A DNA stretch of 52,916 nt, taken from an uncultured Lachnospiraceae bacterium. GTDB taxonomy: Bacteria > Bacillota > Clostridia > Lachnospirales > Lachnospiraceae. Location: positions 1 through 52,916 of the forward strand of contig CANQBN010000001.1 in NCBI GenBank assembly GCA_947588855.1, given 5' to 3'. The translations under genes were made by a program, and so were the position numbers. The stretch's first letter is position 1. Every line of letters begins with the position of its first letter. Below the pieces are notes generated by a model. That model was given only the letters and a program-made list of their open reading frames with translations, made no database searches and had not been told where the DNA came from. Of the stretch, positions 10,301 through 19,462 are shown one piece after another.

Positions 10301-13300
10301 CCTCCTGATCATAATGTATCAGCACCGGCTGAAAAGTCGTGTAATAGTCCGGACTTTTAAGCTCTACAAGCCAGTAATCGCCTGTCGGAAGATGTTTTAG
10401 AGTATGCGGCTTTAAATCTCCTTCCTGATAACCTTCCGGAATCCGGCCATTGATCCTGTCCATTTCTGTATAAACGCCGTCCTGACCGCTGATCCATCTT
10501 GCCGCCAGATATTTATCCTCCTGTATAAACTGTCCTTCATCTCCGGCCCTGTAAAGAGCCATACTCGCTCCAGCCAGTTCATTTCCGTTCTGCGTTCCGT
10601 CCTCTTCCAGCGTCTTGGATATGAGGATACTTCCTTCACCGTCAAATATACGGTATCTCTGAACATCCGCCATATCCTTTACCACTATCACAACAGGTCC
10701 CGCAGCGGCAAAACCATCCGGGACACCGGTTTCGACCAACACATACACGCCGTCTACAGGAAGATATTCGAATCTTCTTATTCCGTCTACAGTCATATAA
10801 GAAACGGCCCTGTCATTTACTTCCGGCAATTTCCGATAATCAAACTGATATTCAAACGTAAAGTCTCTGCCCTGCCTGTTACCCTGCTGCTGATAAGCGG
10901 TAATTTGAATATCTGTCCCCATATCTGTGCGGAACATCATCTGTGCTGTAGTAGGAAAGCTACCGGCATTCCCTCCCGCAACTGACGCGTCAATCTGAGC
11001 GTGCGATACATATTCCGCTGTGTGAACCGCTCCATCATAAGACCAGGACAGTACTCTTCCCGCAGTTCCGTAATCTCTGTACATGTTTTCAAACGCCGTA
11101 ACGAATCCTGCATATTCCGCTCCATTTCCTGTAATAAAACAGTCAATCACTTTCTCGCCGTCGTATACGGGATTGCCGTTTCCGTCATAGACAACCTGTC
11201 CGTCTTCTCCCTGAAGCGCTTGATAGAGAGTCATTTCGGCGCCGCTTACCAGGGATTCCTTTTGACCCGCGTTATCATTCGTATACTTTTCCACTTCTAT
11301 TCTCGTATGATCGTTATATAAAGTATACTCCTGTATCTGCCTTGTCTGGGAAACCGAGACTTCCACAGCCGGTGCCGAGACGAATCCTTCCGGCTGTCTC
11401 TCTTCCTCCAACAGATAATCTCCTGCCGGAATCCCTTCCAGATAAAGCGGCTGTTTCGTCGTTGTCCATTGAGCGGTAAGCTCTTCCGAACTGCTCGCCC
11501 GACTGTTCGTAGAAAGATAGGCAGCCGGCTTGTCTTCTTTTTTCTTAAGATACGTACCGTCAGGATATTTCTCCAGATCAGACGTATAGACACGTTCCGC
11601 TTCATAAAGAGCAAGAACCGCCTCCGACATCTGCGTATAACTGAAAGTGCCCTTTCCTTCCCTGACAGTTCCTATCTTCTGTGGATTTCCAGAAACTGCC
11701 TCCTGACTCATATCAAATACCGAATATGTCAGTTCATCGCTTCCGTCTATTTTGTTTATAACAATCTTAGTTGTGTAATCAGTCATCTCCGCAGTTTGAA
11801 CACGGGTATCTTCCTCGACAATTACTCCGACCGGCAGGCCTTTCAAATATCCTTCCGGAGCAGATAGTTCTTCCATAATATAACTGCCGGCAGGTACTCT
11901 TTTCAGAATATCAGCCTGACCGTCGGTCATTTGTCCCGCAAAAGGATCGTCAGGTGAAGATTCCCCGGTAATCCACGTATTTTCAAGAATATAGCTTTCA
12001 CCCAGCCTGTGATAAACAGGAGACTGCTGATCCGTCGAATAAGACGCTTCATCATAATCCTCCAGAAGGTCTGCCTCCTTCCTTCGAATCAAACTTCCGC
12101 TCCGATCATAAAGAGCCGTATCTTCTTCATAGGTCCCATCTCCCCTCTGATAATACACAGGCAGACCATGGCGGTCATAAACTGGATTTACCGATTTATC
12201 AAATGCCCCGTTATTTTCCGCCAGAAGCTGTTCTTCATTCATGTTCTGACCAAATCGATTTTTCCTCCATGTGGAAAGCGAATGGCTCTCTTCCCCTTCC
12301 GCGGAACACCAGGAGCCGGTCAGATATTCCTGTCCCGGATGATCCTCATTAACAGCGGCGGTCCTAAATGTTGTGATCTTATCTTTCGCCAGAATATTTC
12401 CCTCTTCATCGCGGGCAATTTTTACCGGCCATACAAGAACCTGAATCTCTCCGTCATCCTCTTCCGTGACGGCATATGCCATTCCCGTATAAGGATCTAC
12501 CAGACTGTCCCGGTTTCCTTCTTCATCCAGATGATATACGGTTACTCCCTCGCCCATCACGATTTCTCCATTAACCCTTCTTATTGGTCTGGCAAAATCA
12601 CCTTCCAAAGTCCTGTCTTTTGCCGAATAAACTATAGATGTAAAATCGCCTCCTACGAACTCCAACACCGGTACGCTGTCCCTGAAGGCAAATATAGAAT
12701 GACCGCCGTCGGTTCTGGATACCAGTTTCTTATCTTCTTCAATCTGGCTGATGGGAATTCTCTCATGCTTTCGCCCAAAGCCATACTGTACTTTCAGACC
12801 ATCTACATTCTCGGTCTGAAATATCTGAAGATTTCCCATATCATAATATAGAATATCCGTATCTTCCCGCTCTACCGTCTCAGCACTCCAACAGACTTCG
12901 TCTTCATTCTGAACCTGAACAAACCTTACACTGGAACCGGCAAAACCTTCTCTCACATACATGCGCGTCACGGTACCATTGGCCGACCGTTCCACCGTCA
13001 GTCCTTCAAATGCCTGATCCTGCGTATCTCCTGACGGTTTCAGCGGTATTCCCTCAAACAGCGTCATGACAGCCCCCGCGACATATGGATTCTCATCGTC
13101 CGCCGTTTCAAGAATGCTGGTTACATAACCATAACCGGCAAATAATCCGCCATGATAAACGATTTCAACCTGTTCACCGTTATTTTTTCTATCCTGCAGA
13201 TACTCCAGCGTACCTTTTCTCCAGCCATAGCCCATATACTGCCCGTTTTGATATGCATACTCATAGTTGGGATTACCGCCAATCTGCGCCAGGCTTCCAT

Positions 13301-16300
13301 CAATCCGTCCGCTGAGCTTGTAAGTAACGGTATCGGACTTATCGGATTCTGCTGAACTTGATGCTTCCTTCACCTTTTCAACCTGCAGTCTGGTCGGCAC
13401 GTTTTCCACGTAAAGCCGGGATATGTCCTGACCCGTCTGCTCATGGTCGAAAATTTCCGCTTCTACCCGCTTATCAGGATCTCCCTCCCGATAATATGTG
13501 ACCGCATCACTGTAGACCTCAACGGCTACGGGGCCGCATCTGACATATCCTGCCGGAGCCTTTGCCTCTGCCAGCACATAAACTCCCGCTTCCAAAGCCT
13601 GCGGAGTCTCAAGATAACCGACATTCTGCTCCCCTTCAGTCAATTGCGAATTCGTTTCCTCATCTTTCATGGAGCCGTCCCTGACGGTTGTGAACGATGC
13701 GAACTTTCCGATTCTCATCCCATATGCATCCGTCTGAAAAATCTGGTCTTTTTCCTGGCATATGGGCGTCCCCGCGGGCACCGTACCTGTATACAGATTG
13801 CCCGGTCCGGCATTCGTCAAACTATAAACTGCATTTATCAGCATCTGCTGCAGCCCGGAAAACAGAGAGCCATTCGCCATCTCCCGGCCGAATAGGTTCC
13901 TGGTCATAGGCCTGATATCACGAGCCCTCATGCTCTCCAGGAACTCTCTGCTTCCGGAAATAACGGTATCCTCCTCGTAGGTTTTTACCTGGCCGTTTCC
14001 GTCAGCTGCCTCTTCACAGCTTGCCTTATAAATGTTAAATATCGCTTCATCATGAAGCAGATTCTCTTTTGTTTCAGAATCCATCTTTTCAATTCGGATT
14101 TTGGTTTTATAAAGCTCATTTCTGAAGCGTATGCGCAGTAATCCGGCGGTTTCCGTACCGGTTCCGGTATCCTCCAGACTCCGAAAGACCAGAGCGGGAC
14201 TGTATACGCCGTCATAAGCGGTAGTCATTCCCGTCATAGTTTCTACGCCATCTGTCATTCCCGCATTCTCCGATACGGAACTGTACCGGTAGTATTGTCC
14301 AACCTTTTCTCGTCCGCCCATTCCCTCCGCCAGATAGTACGTTACTTCACCGGCGGTCCTGTCATCCTGAGCATTATAGTAATTCTGATACGGTTTCCAT
14401 CTGTCCTGCGTTAAAGCAAAATAATCGCCAGGTCCGGCCTGTCCCACTCCGTTATCAATCTTTCCAAGATTCATACCATACTTGTAAATCTGAAAATCGC
14501 CATCATTATTATGTGCAGAAAGTACGGCTTCTTCTTCGTTAAACCGTATCTCATATTGTTCTGTCAATTCTTCCGGTGACATTTCCTTTCGGAAAATATA
14601 CATACCGCTCAGTGTTTCTCCCGAATTTTCATCACCTTCGTATATCGAGGGAACCACTATTTCCTTAGGTTCATCAATCGCGTAATGACGGTTGGGATAG
14701 TCCATCAATTCCGCATATCTTGGCTGCTGTTCCACTACCACATAGGTTCCGTAAGGCAGATATTCAGACACGCCATAGCAGTATCCATCCGCCTGCTGAT
14801 CCGCGCTGAGAGTAGTCCGGTCTCCATCGCTTCCTCCGGACTTATCCCGTTCCCATTTTATGGAATAAATTTCATCCAGATCATAATCGAAAAACGGCTT
14901 TAAGTAATTATTGGCTTTGAGAATGGCCTGATAGAGCGCTTCATCATACAGCTGATCTCCATAAGCTGTTTCTTTTTCCGCTTCTGTCAGTTTTTCTACC
15001 TCTTTGTCCAGGTACCAGTCGATGGCAAATTGACGTACCATATCGGAAATCCTGGCGTTCGCTTCCGCTTCCTTACTGCGGTTCGATTCGTTGCCCAAAG
15101 GGCGGTAGGAGGTATAAGTCGGCGATCCGTCATCCCATTTATCGTGATTTGCCGTCTGAATCGCCTGAAAAAATTTTTTATAATTATATTGTCCGGAGGA
15201 GCCATCTTTTTCCAAAACCGCTGTATAACCGGGCGCGACTGTATTCTGCTCTTCATCATACAGCGATGTATCAGCTTCTATGGCAAGCATCGTATTCTTA
15301 TATAAGGGTTCCGTTTTTTTGGGAACCCGGGTAAAAATGTCAGGCGCCAGACCCGGATAGACCGCATTTGCCGATAAAATCTCCACATTCCGGCCGCTCC
15401 TGTCAATCCAGACAATCTGTCCGTTTTCATCTCTGAACAGCCGCTCCAGATTACTCTTCAAATAAACCTTAAATCTGAAATTCCGCAGTATCTCTGTCTC
15501 TCCGCCATGAATATCCTTGATTACTTTAACCGCCTGCTTAATTATCTTTTCCTTTGTCGGAAAAGGAGTATCCCGGGTTCCGCATCCCGGAACCCCTTCC
15601 CCATCCTGCATCACAGAAATCTGACCGGGATAAACAAGCTCTATGAGCCCTGCTTCTTTTGCGGCTTCCGGTTTCTCTTTCCAATCCATTGGTCTCTCAG
15701 AAAACCGCACAGCTGCGAAAGCGCTGGCTCCTGCTCCTTTCACATTAGTGAGATAATCGCTGAAAAACATATCATGACCATCTACGGATATGGATTTCTG
15801 AGGCGCGACAGCACGAAATGTTTCTGTCACGGATACTCCGGTGGAACTCCAGTCTACTGTATTTTCCACATGGATCCTGTATGACCGGCTATGAGAATCA
15901 TACACTGCCGGAAGCGGCGTCAATTTGTAGTCACTGGTAATTTCTTCCTTCTCTTCATAAATATATTCCAGGCGATACACAGGAATCGGATTGCCCTGAC
16001 CATCCAACCGATTCTCACCGCCTTTGTAACGCTCATACAGCGGCTCATAAATGAGTTCAAGAGACTCTTCCAGCGCCTCGGGAAATACCACGCTTTGCCC
16101 GGACCGCTTCGCCCTCGCTACCGTTGCATAACTGCCCTCCATGACAAACTCCTCCGGCTCATATGATACGTACATATGACGCTGTCCGCTTCCTTCTGTC
16201 TCCACCGGAATCTTTACATACAGCATATGACTTCTCTCCTCATAGAAGGCGGTTCCGGGCTGTCTCAGCTGATCGTAAAAGATTATCGCCTTATAACCTC

Positions 16301-19300
16301 CGTCTTCCTGAATGAGGCTGTGAACCGCTCCGCTGTCCCAAAAAGAATTTAAGGCAAACCAGTCCAGAATCTCCTCAACAATCTCGCTGTTGGTCTTCCC
16401 CTTCAACTCCAATACAATCCAGGGAGCAAGGTTCTGTTCTTCCTCCTCCAGCAAATGGTATCCCATCTGTTCCAGCATTGTGCTGGTTTCTTCTTTTATA
16501 TACTCCAAATCCGGTTCATTCATATCTATCCATTTATCAGGATCTACCGTGGGACTTGCCGCCCCCTGAGGATAAACATTTAGTCTCCTGGTTACATAAT
16601 ACGTTCTGGATGCAGGCTTTGACGTATCATAAAGCGGTCGTCCATCTTCATCCGTCATCGGAATATAATTTCCGTTTTCATCCAGGCGATACTCTCCCGC
16701 TTCTGCCTTTTCATATTCCCCGGTCTCCACCAGCCGGGTTCCTACTACCACGCCTCCTTCTACAGTCCCTTTCGTTTCCTCCATGGCAGAATGGTAGAAC
16801 GTACTTCCTTCCGGGAAGCCGCTGACCACAATATCAAATCCTTCTGCAGTACCCTGATAAGTCACATCGAATTCCAGCCAGGAACCGTCATGCATATCGA
16901 TCGGATGGGTCATGGCTGTCGTCACATCGGCGCGGCCAATGATCTCTGCCGATTGCCCGCCCTCGCCGGAATCATTCAGAAGCAACGAATCCGCCAGTTC
17001 ATAACCCTCAGATCTGGCTATTTCCTTTACACAGTATCGTCCTGGAATCAGCGGATGTCCCGTTATTCCCAATACTGGGCTTTCCTCCGTATATGCCAGG
17101 AATGAAGCATCCCCGTTTTTATCTGTCGCGGCAATTGACGTCAGGGCCCCTGCTTCATAGATCACGCCTGTTTTTCCATCCGGATGAATAATATCTTCAG
17201 CCGCGTACAGTCCATAGACGGCCCCTTCCAGCGCAGCATCTCCCTGGGTATCTCCATAACTGTCATAAGCCAACGTGTCTCCTGCCTGAAGCTCCTGATC
17301 TCTTTTATTTATGTGGATTTCTCCCTCTGTTCTGTGATCTTCCACATGAAATGAATAGGATATGGTCTCCTCGTCCCCGGATGGTTCAATCCATGGGACA
17401 TCATCATCTATCGGTTCCGGAAGCAGAACGGAATCATCTCCGGCTTCTTCTGCCTCTCCTGACCAGCTGACAGCGCGAACCGCTCTGTCCAGCAAATAGT
17501 AATTGTATTGATACCCGTCAATTAATTCTTCCTCGGCTTCAGATGGCGTAGCCATACTGTCCTCCTCCGTCCAGTCCACAGTCATCAGACCTTCCGAAGC
17601 CTCCGATGGGGTAGCGCTTCCTCTGACAGCCGATGTTTCATGTTGAACCGCCGTCTCTCCCACCAGCGTGGTTTTACGGACATCGCCGATGGTATATATG
17701 GTTTTTCTCTCGGTTATCTGTTTTTCCGCATTCTGATATATTTCATTTTCGTCCTCCTCGTCTTCCCGATCGCCATACTCCAGGGATGAACCCTCTGAAC
17801 CGACGCTCTCGTTCACTATCACCTCTTTATCTATAATTTCATACCCTCCGCCCGTTTCCGACGACGCAAGTCTGACTACCGGGATCGGTTCATCGTCATT
17901 ATGTTCCCCGTGACGCACATATCCATATCTGGCCTGAGTCTCCCTGAAGGTATAATCATATTCCAGCCGAATAAACCGATCATAAGCCTCCTGCCTGTCG
18001 GCAAGCATCTGTTCCAGACCTTCTCCCGGATTCATTCCATGAAAATGGTCAGGCAGACTTTCACAAGCGGCAATCAGAGCTTCCCACTGAGCCTTCAAAC
18101 GGGCATTAGCTTCTTCTACAGCAGCAATTTCTCCGCTGTTGTCCGTTCCGGTCTCCGGATCCGATTCATAAGCAGGCACTTCCTGATATTCCGGCTCCGG
18201 ATGACCGTCACAATAAGTTTTTTCATATTCATATCTTTTTATATCCATATGAGAAATATGTCCGTTCTCATCGGTCAGAGCATCCGCGCATACCTTAAAA
18301 TCTTTCCATGTAACGGGCTTGGGAGTCATATAGGAGGAACGGATATTTCCGCCTATCTGGCTGCCGTCAAACGCTTCCAGGACCTGAAAACCAGCTCCTT
18401 CAAGGGTCTGCCCGGTCTCTGAGCAGAATTTGTCCAATTCTACAATATAGTGAGCGAGGAATGTCTCGTTATGCCTGTATATCTTAAGCTCCAAATCACC
18501 TCCGCCCCCGCTGCCGCCAGACATAGACAGCTTCAGATACGCCTTAGGAACATATGGTCCCGCAGATATCATGGCCTGTGTCTGGTCAGCCGCGCTCTGG
18601 GGTATATAGATATTCAAAGATGTGGTGTTTTTCGCCGAAGCGGCAAAGCTGGCCGGTAAATCCGCTGACAGCTGAATGCCATCCGTTTGACTTCCGGAAT
18701 ATGTAAAGATCAGCTTTCCATTCTCAACCCGTTTGGACCAGCCTGCAGAGTCTCCTTCAAACTTCCAGTCAAGAGCTGCCACCTGGGGATATTCGGAGAC
18801 ATCCAATTCCGCTGTCCAGACTCCATCAGCAAGATTCATTTGCACAGGCTGCTTCTCCGCGCCGTAGGCCGACGACTTCATCCATGAAGGCACGCCGGTC
18901 ATATCATTTCCATCCGATTCTACGTATGCCTTCAAGTCCTGCCACCTTCCGGCGGTTCCCGCCACATGCCTGTCCACCTGCTGTACAAGAGAGCCCGCGC
19001 TTTCCCAACCGTCATTCATAATAGCCCAAACAGCGGTCTGTACCGCAGCGTAAGTAGCGTTGTCAGCCTGCGTAGAACCGTTCTGATCGAACCATGTACA
19101 GATAATTGCCAGTTTCTCATAATCTTCACGGCTTTTAATATACGGAATTTCTTCATCTTCAATCGTAGTACGCAGAGCTCCCGCAACTACTGTACTGCCC
19201 ATATGTTTGCCGGGAGAAATACAAAATGTCATCTGATATCCGTCTGACCAGCGGTACATATAATTTCTGCTCTTGCCAAAAAGCTGTTCGCTTCCGCCGC

Positions 19301-19448
19301 TCCAAATATTAGTCCCGTGAAATTCAGCGGCATGGCTGATCAGGCTTGCGCCGTCAAAAGAAACAGCTGCCGCCATGAAAAGGCAAAGAACCGCCATACA
19401 GCCGGCCGCAAACCGCCTGCCCTTCCCTCGAAAACACCTATCCTTCAT
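7368..19448 (-). CDS. Giant (~4026 aa) surface protein: putative thioester domain, SpaA/Cna-B isopeptide domains, internal LPXTG-like signal and a fused second membrane-anchored module
   Basis: Signal peptide after ATG 19448 (GAGGT RBS). FCIS, VQTAVW and TQAMI motifs. About 12 YxxxExxxPxGY E-box-like motifs. VPVTG-TM-RKK, then a second hydrophobic segment, then a C-terminal TM. Confidence 0.88.
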   Translation of the reverse strand: MKDRCFRGKGRRFAAGCMAVLCLFMAAAVSFDGASLISHAAEFHGTNIWSGGSEQLFGKSRNYMYRWSDGYQMTFCISPGKHMGSTVVAGALRTTIEDEEIPYIKSREDYEKLAIICTWFDQNGSTQADNATYAAVQTAVWAIMNDGWESAGSLVQQVDRHVAGTAGRWQDLKAYVESDGNDMTGVPSWMKSSAYGAEKQPVQMNLADGVWTAELDVSEYPQVAALDWKFEGDSAGWSKRVENGKLIFTYSGSQTDGIQLSADLPASFAASAKNTTSLNIYIPQSAADQTQAMISAGPYVPKAYLKLSMSGGSGGGGDLELKIYRHNETFLAHYIVELDKFCSETGQTLEGAGFQVLEAFDGSQIGGNIRSSYMTPKPVTWKDFKVCADALTDENGHISHMDIKRYEYEKTYCDGHPEPEYQEVPAYESDPETGTDNSGEIAAVEEANARLKAQWEALIAACESLPDHFHGMNPGEGLEQMLADRQEAYDRFIRLEYDYTFRETQARYGYVRHGEHNDDEPIPVVRLASSETGGGYEIIDKEVIVNESVGSEGSSLEYGDREDEEDENEIYQNAEKQITERKTIYTIGDVRKTTLVGETAVQHETSAVRGSATPSEASEGLMTVDWTEEDSMATPSEAEEELIDGYQYNYYLLDRAVRAVSWSGEAEEAGDDSVLLPEPIDDDVPWIEPSGDEETISYSFHVEDHRTEGEIHINKRDQELQAGDTLAYDSYGDTQGDAALEGAVYGLYAAEDIIHPDGKTGVIYEAGALTSIAATDKNGDASFLAYTEESPVLGITGHPLIPGRYCVKEIARSEGYELADSLLLNDSGEGGQSAEIIGRADVTTAMTHPIDMHDGSWLEFDVTYQGTAEGFDIVVSGFPEGSTFYHSAMEETKGTVEGGVVVGTRLVETGEYEKAEAGEYRLDENGNYIPMTDEDGRPLYDTSKPASRTYYVTRRLNVYPQGAASPTVDPDKWIDMNEPDLEYIKEETSTMLEQMGYHLLEEEEQNLAPWIVLELKGKTNSEIVEEILDWFALNSFWDSGAVHSLIQEDGGYKAIIFYDQLRQPGTAFYEERSHMLYVKIPVETEGSGQRHMYVSYEPEEFVMEGSYATVARAKRSGQSVVFPEALEESLELIYEPLYERYKGGENRLDGQGNPIPVYRLEYIYEEKEEITSDYKLTPLPAVYDSHSRSYRIHVENTVDWSSTGVSVTETFRAVAPQKSISVDGHDMFFSDYLTNVKGAGASAFAAVRFSERPMDWKEKPEAAKEAGLIELVYPGQISVMQDGEGVPGCGTRDTPFPTKEKIIKQAVKVIKDIHGGETEILRNFRFKVYLKSNLERLFRDENGQIVWIDRSGRNVEILSANAVYPGLAPDIFTRVPKKTEPLYKNTMLAIEADTSLYDEEQNTVAPGYTAVLEKDGSSGQYNYKKFFQAIQTANHDKWDDGSPTYTSYRPLGNESNRSKEAEANARISDMVRQFAIDWYLDKEVEKLTEAEKETAYGDQLYDEALYQAILKANNYLKPFFDYDLDEIYSIKWERDKSGGSDGDRTTLSADQQADGYCYGVSEYLPYGTYVVVEQQPRYAELMDYPNRHYAIDEPKEIVVPSIYEGDENSGETLSGMYIFRKEMSPEELTEQYEIRFNEEEAVLSAHNNDGDFQIYKYGMNLGKIDNGVGQAGPGDYFALTQDRWKPYQNYYNAQDDRTAGEVTYYLAEGMGGREKVGQYYRYSSVSENAGMTDGVETMTGMTTAYDGVYSPALVFRSLEDTGTGTETAGLLRIRFRNELYKTKIRIEKMDSETKENLLHDEAIFNIYKASCEEAADGNGQVKTYEEDTVISGSREFLESMRARDIRPMTRNLFGREMANGSLFSGLQQMLINAVYSLTNAGPGNLYTGTVPAGTPICQEKDQIFQTDAYGMRIGKFASFTTVRDGSMKDEETNSQLTEGEQNVGYLETPQALEAGVYVLAEAKAPAGYVRCGPVAVEVYSDAVTYYREGDPDKRVEAEIFDHEQTGQDISRLYVENVPTRLQVEKVKEASSSAESDKSDTVTYKLSGRIDGSLAQIGGNPNYEYAYQNGQYMGYGWRKGTLEYLQDRKNNGEQVEIVYHGGLFAGYGYVTSILETADDENPYVAGAVMTLFEGIPLKPSGDTQDQAFEGLTVERSANGTVTRMYVREGFAGSSVRFVQVQNEDEVCWSAETVEREDTDILYYDMGNLQIFQTENVDGLKVQYGFGRKHERIPISQIEEDKKLVSRTDGGHSIFAFRDSVPVLEFVGGDFTSIVYSAKDRTLEGDFARPIRRVNGEIVMGEGVTVYHLDEEGNRDSLVDPYTGMAYAVTEEDDGEIQVLVWPVKIARDEEGNILAKDKITTFRTAAVNEDHPGQEYLTGSWCSAEGEESHSLSTWRKNRFGQNMNEEQLLAENNGAFDKSVNPVYDRHGLPVYYQRGDGTYEEDTALYDRSGSLIRRKEADLLEDYDEASYSTDQQSPVYHRLGESYILENTWITGESSPDDPFAGQMTDGQADILKRVPAGSYIMEELSAPEGYLKGLPVGVIVEEDTRVQTAEMTDYTTKIVINKIDGSDELTYSVFDMSQEAVSGNPQKIGTVREGKGTFSYTQMSEAVLALYEAERVYTSDLEKYPDGTYLKKKEDKPAAYLSTNSRASSSEELTAQWTTTKQPLYLEGIPAGDYLLEEERQPEGFVSAPAVEVSVSQTRQIQEYTLYNDHTRIEVEKYTNDNAGQKESLVSGAEMTLYQALQGEDGQVVYDGNGNPVYDGEKVIDCFITGNGAEYAGFVTAFENMYRDYGTAGRVLSWSYDGAVHTAEYVSHAQIDASVAGGNAGSFPTTAQMMFRTDMGTDIQITAYQQQGNRQGRDFTFEYQFDYRKLPEVNDRAVSYMTVDGIRRFEYLPVDGVYVLVETGVPDGFAAAGPVVIVVKDMADVQRYRIFDGEGSILISKTLEEDGTQNGNELAGASMALYRAGDEGQFIQEDKYLAARWISGQDGVYTEMDRINGRIPEGYQEGDLKPHTLKHLPTGDYWLVELKSPDYYTTFQPVLIHYDQEEQTRIVRVSDAPAKGEIEVRKTDAEGLALSGAVFRLTAYRQPDFANPVFVKIFSDFSGTAELTGLPVGEVMADGSILPYSYRLQEIIPPEGYAVNPQIFSFEFEKDRQGISYSWGESARYQVEIKDDRTRVVLQKSIFSDAADAFVEGAHLAVYHVLGRDEEGNYIYDPEEPVAQWITEEANPDYVLEGLVAGQTYLLAELQAPEGYALMKPVAFILSEDGRRISAVSSQLTAIEVHHLSWLTLSGRYAVKAVMEVFDEEDRKIVEWISTGRGRELTGEEGIQDGKVYRFLEKTIYSDGSEEVTGSTIKRVRFQNGSFRINDRMPEKTHLCLEDQEGIQIAAWYPTEEEPEFTAGSRESEEELLKFNRRYRLVETTLYNDGSRREAARFSFMIDKYGFLKGMAAYDQVRRVCISKTDMTGEKEIPGAELQILDEQGEIVEEWISGETSHEVEAKLLPGHRYTLRETISPQGYAYASDISFTVLEDGTVQQVVMEDKLTCVTVTKTDITGEKELPGARLRILDKEGNCVEEWISGSDAHEITGKLTAGETYVLQEESAPSGYARAENVEFRVSLDGTVDKVIMRDERLPDRPGDGPEQPSEPQVPREEKPVGMVLAAYDVRLTASAGIPYGGLKRTPVPVTGDDTNYEIPLGIMALSLILLAVLWLTRKKTGLFCGLVLLLIIPSVETRAETVVPSGENEIVVTYDPIAAEPNEENLPADTYLWEGTEYELKSYQLITAEEEAGQEALTETVLYEEVEQAMEIPQTVDTEDGAVLSISDVAYDNWRWLSGFQFLVTVEGYDAGSFQLGDKLVPVKEEEPFEGCEKELLEIIGVDPEYYQIESAWWTSDPWVGEGGLTYRQAIASGQKYVADVTAVYTGRTLVQSEKTEAYQAVYVIPVSTPSEPERTELHNMQDTGGNQPETLIIEEGPRDTSGGLLKWFRNLSRRTKVVLGLGILFLPLASFLLYRRILKHRKITES
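8545..9065 (-). repeat. Two tandem ~87-aa SpaA/prealbumin-like domain repeats
   Basis: SKTDMTGEKEIPGAELQILDEQGEIVEEWISG... versus TKTDITGEKELPGARLRILDKEGNCVEEWISG.... Boundaries are approximate. Confidence 0.85.
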
Positions 19449-19462
19449 ACAAAATACCTCGC

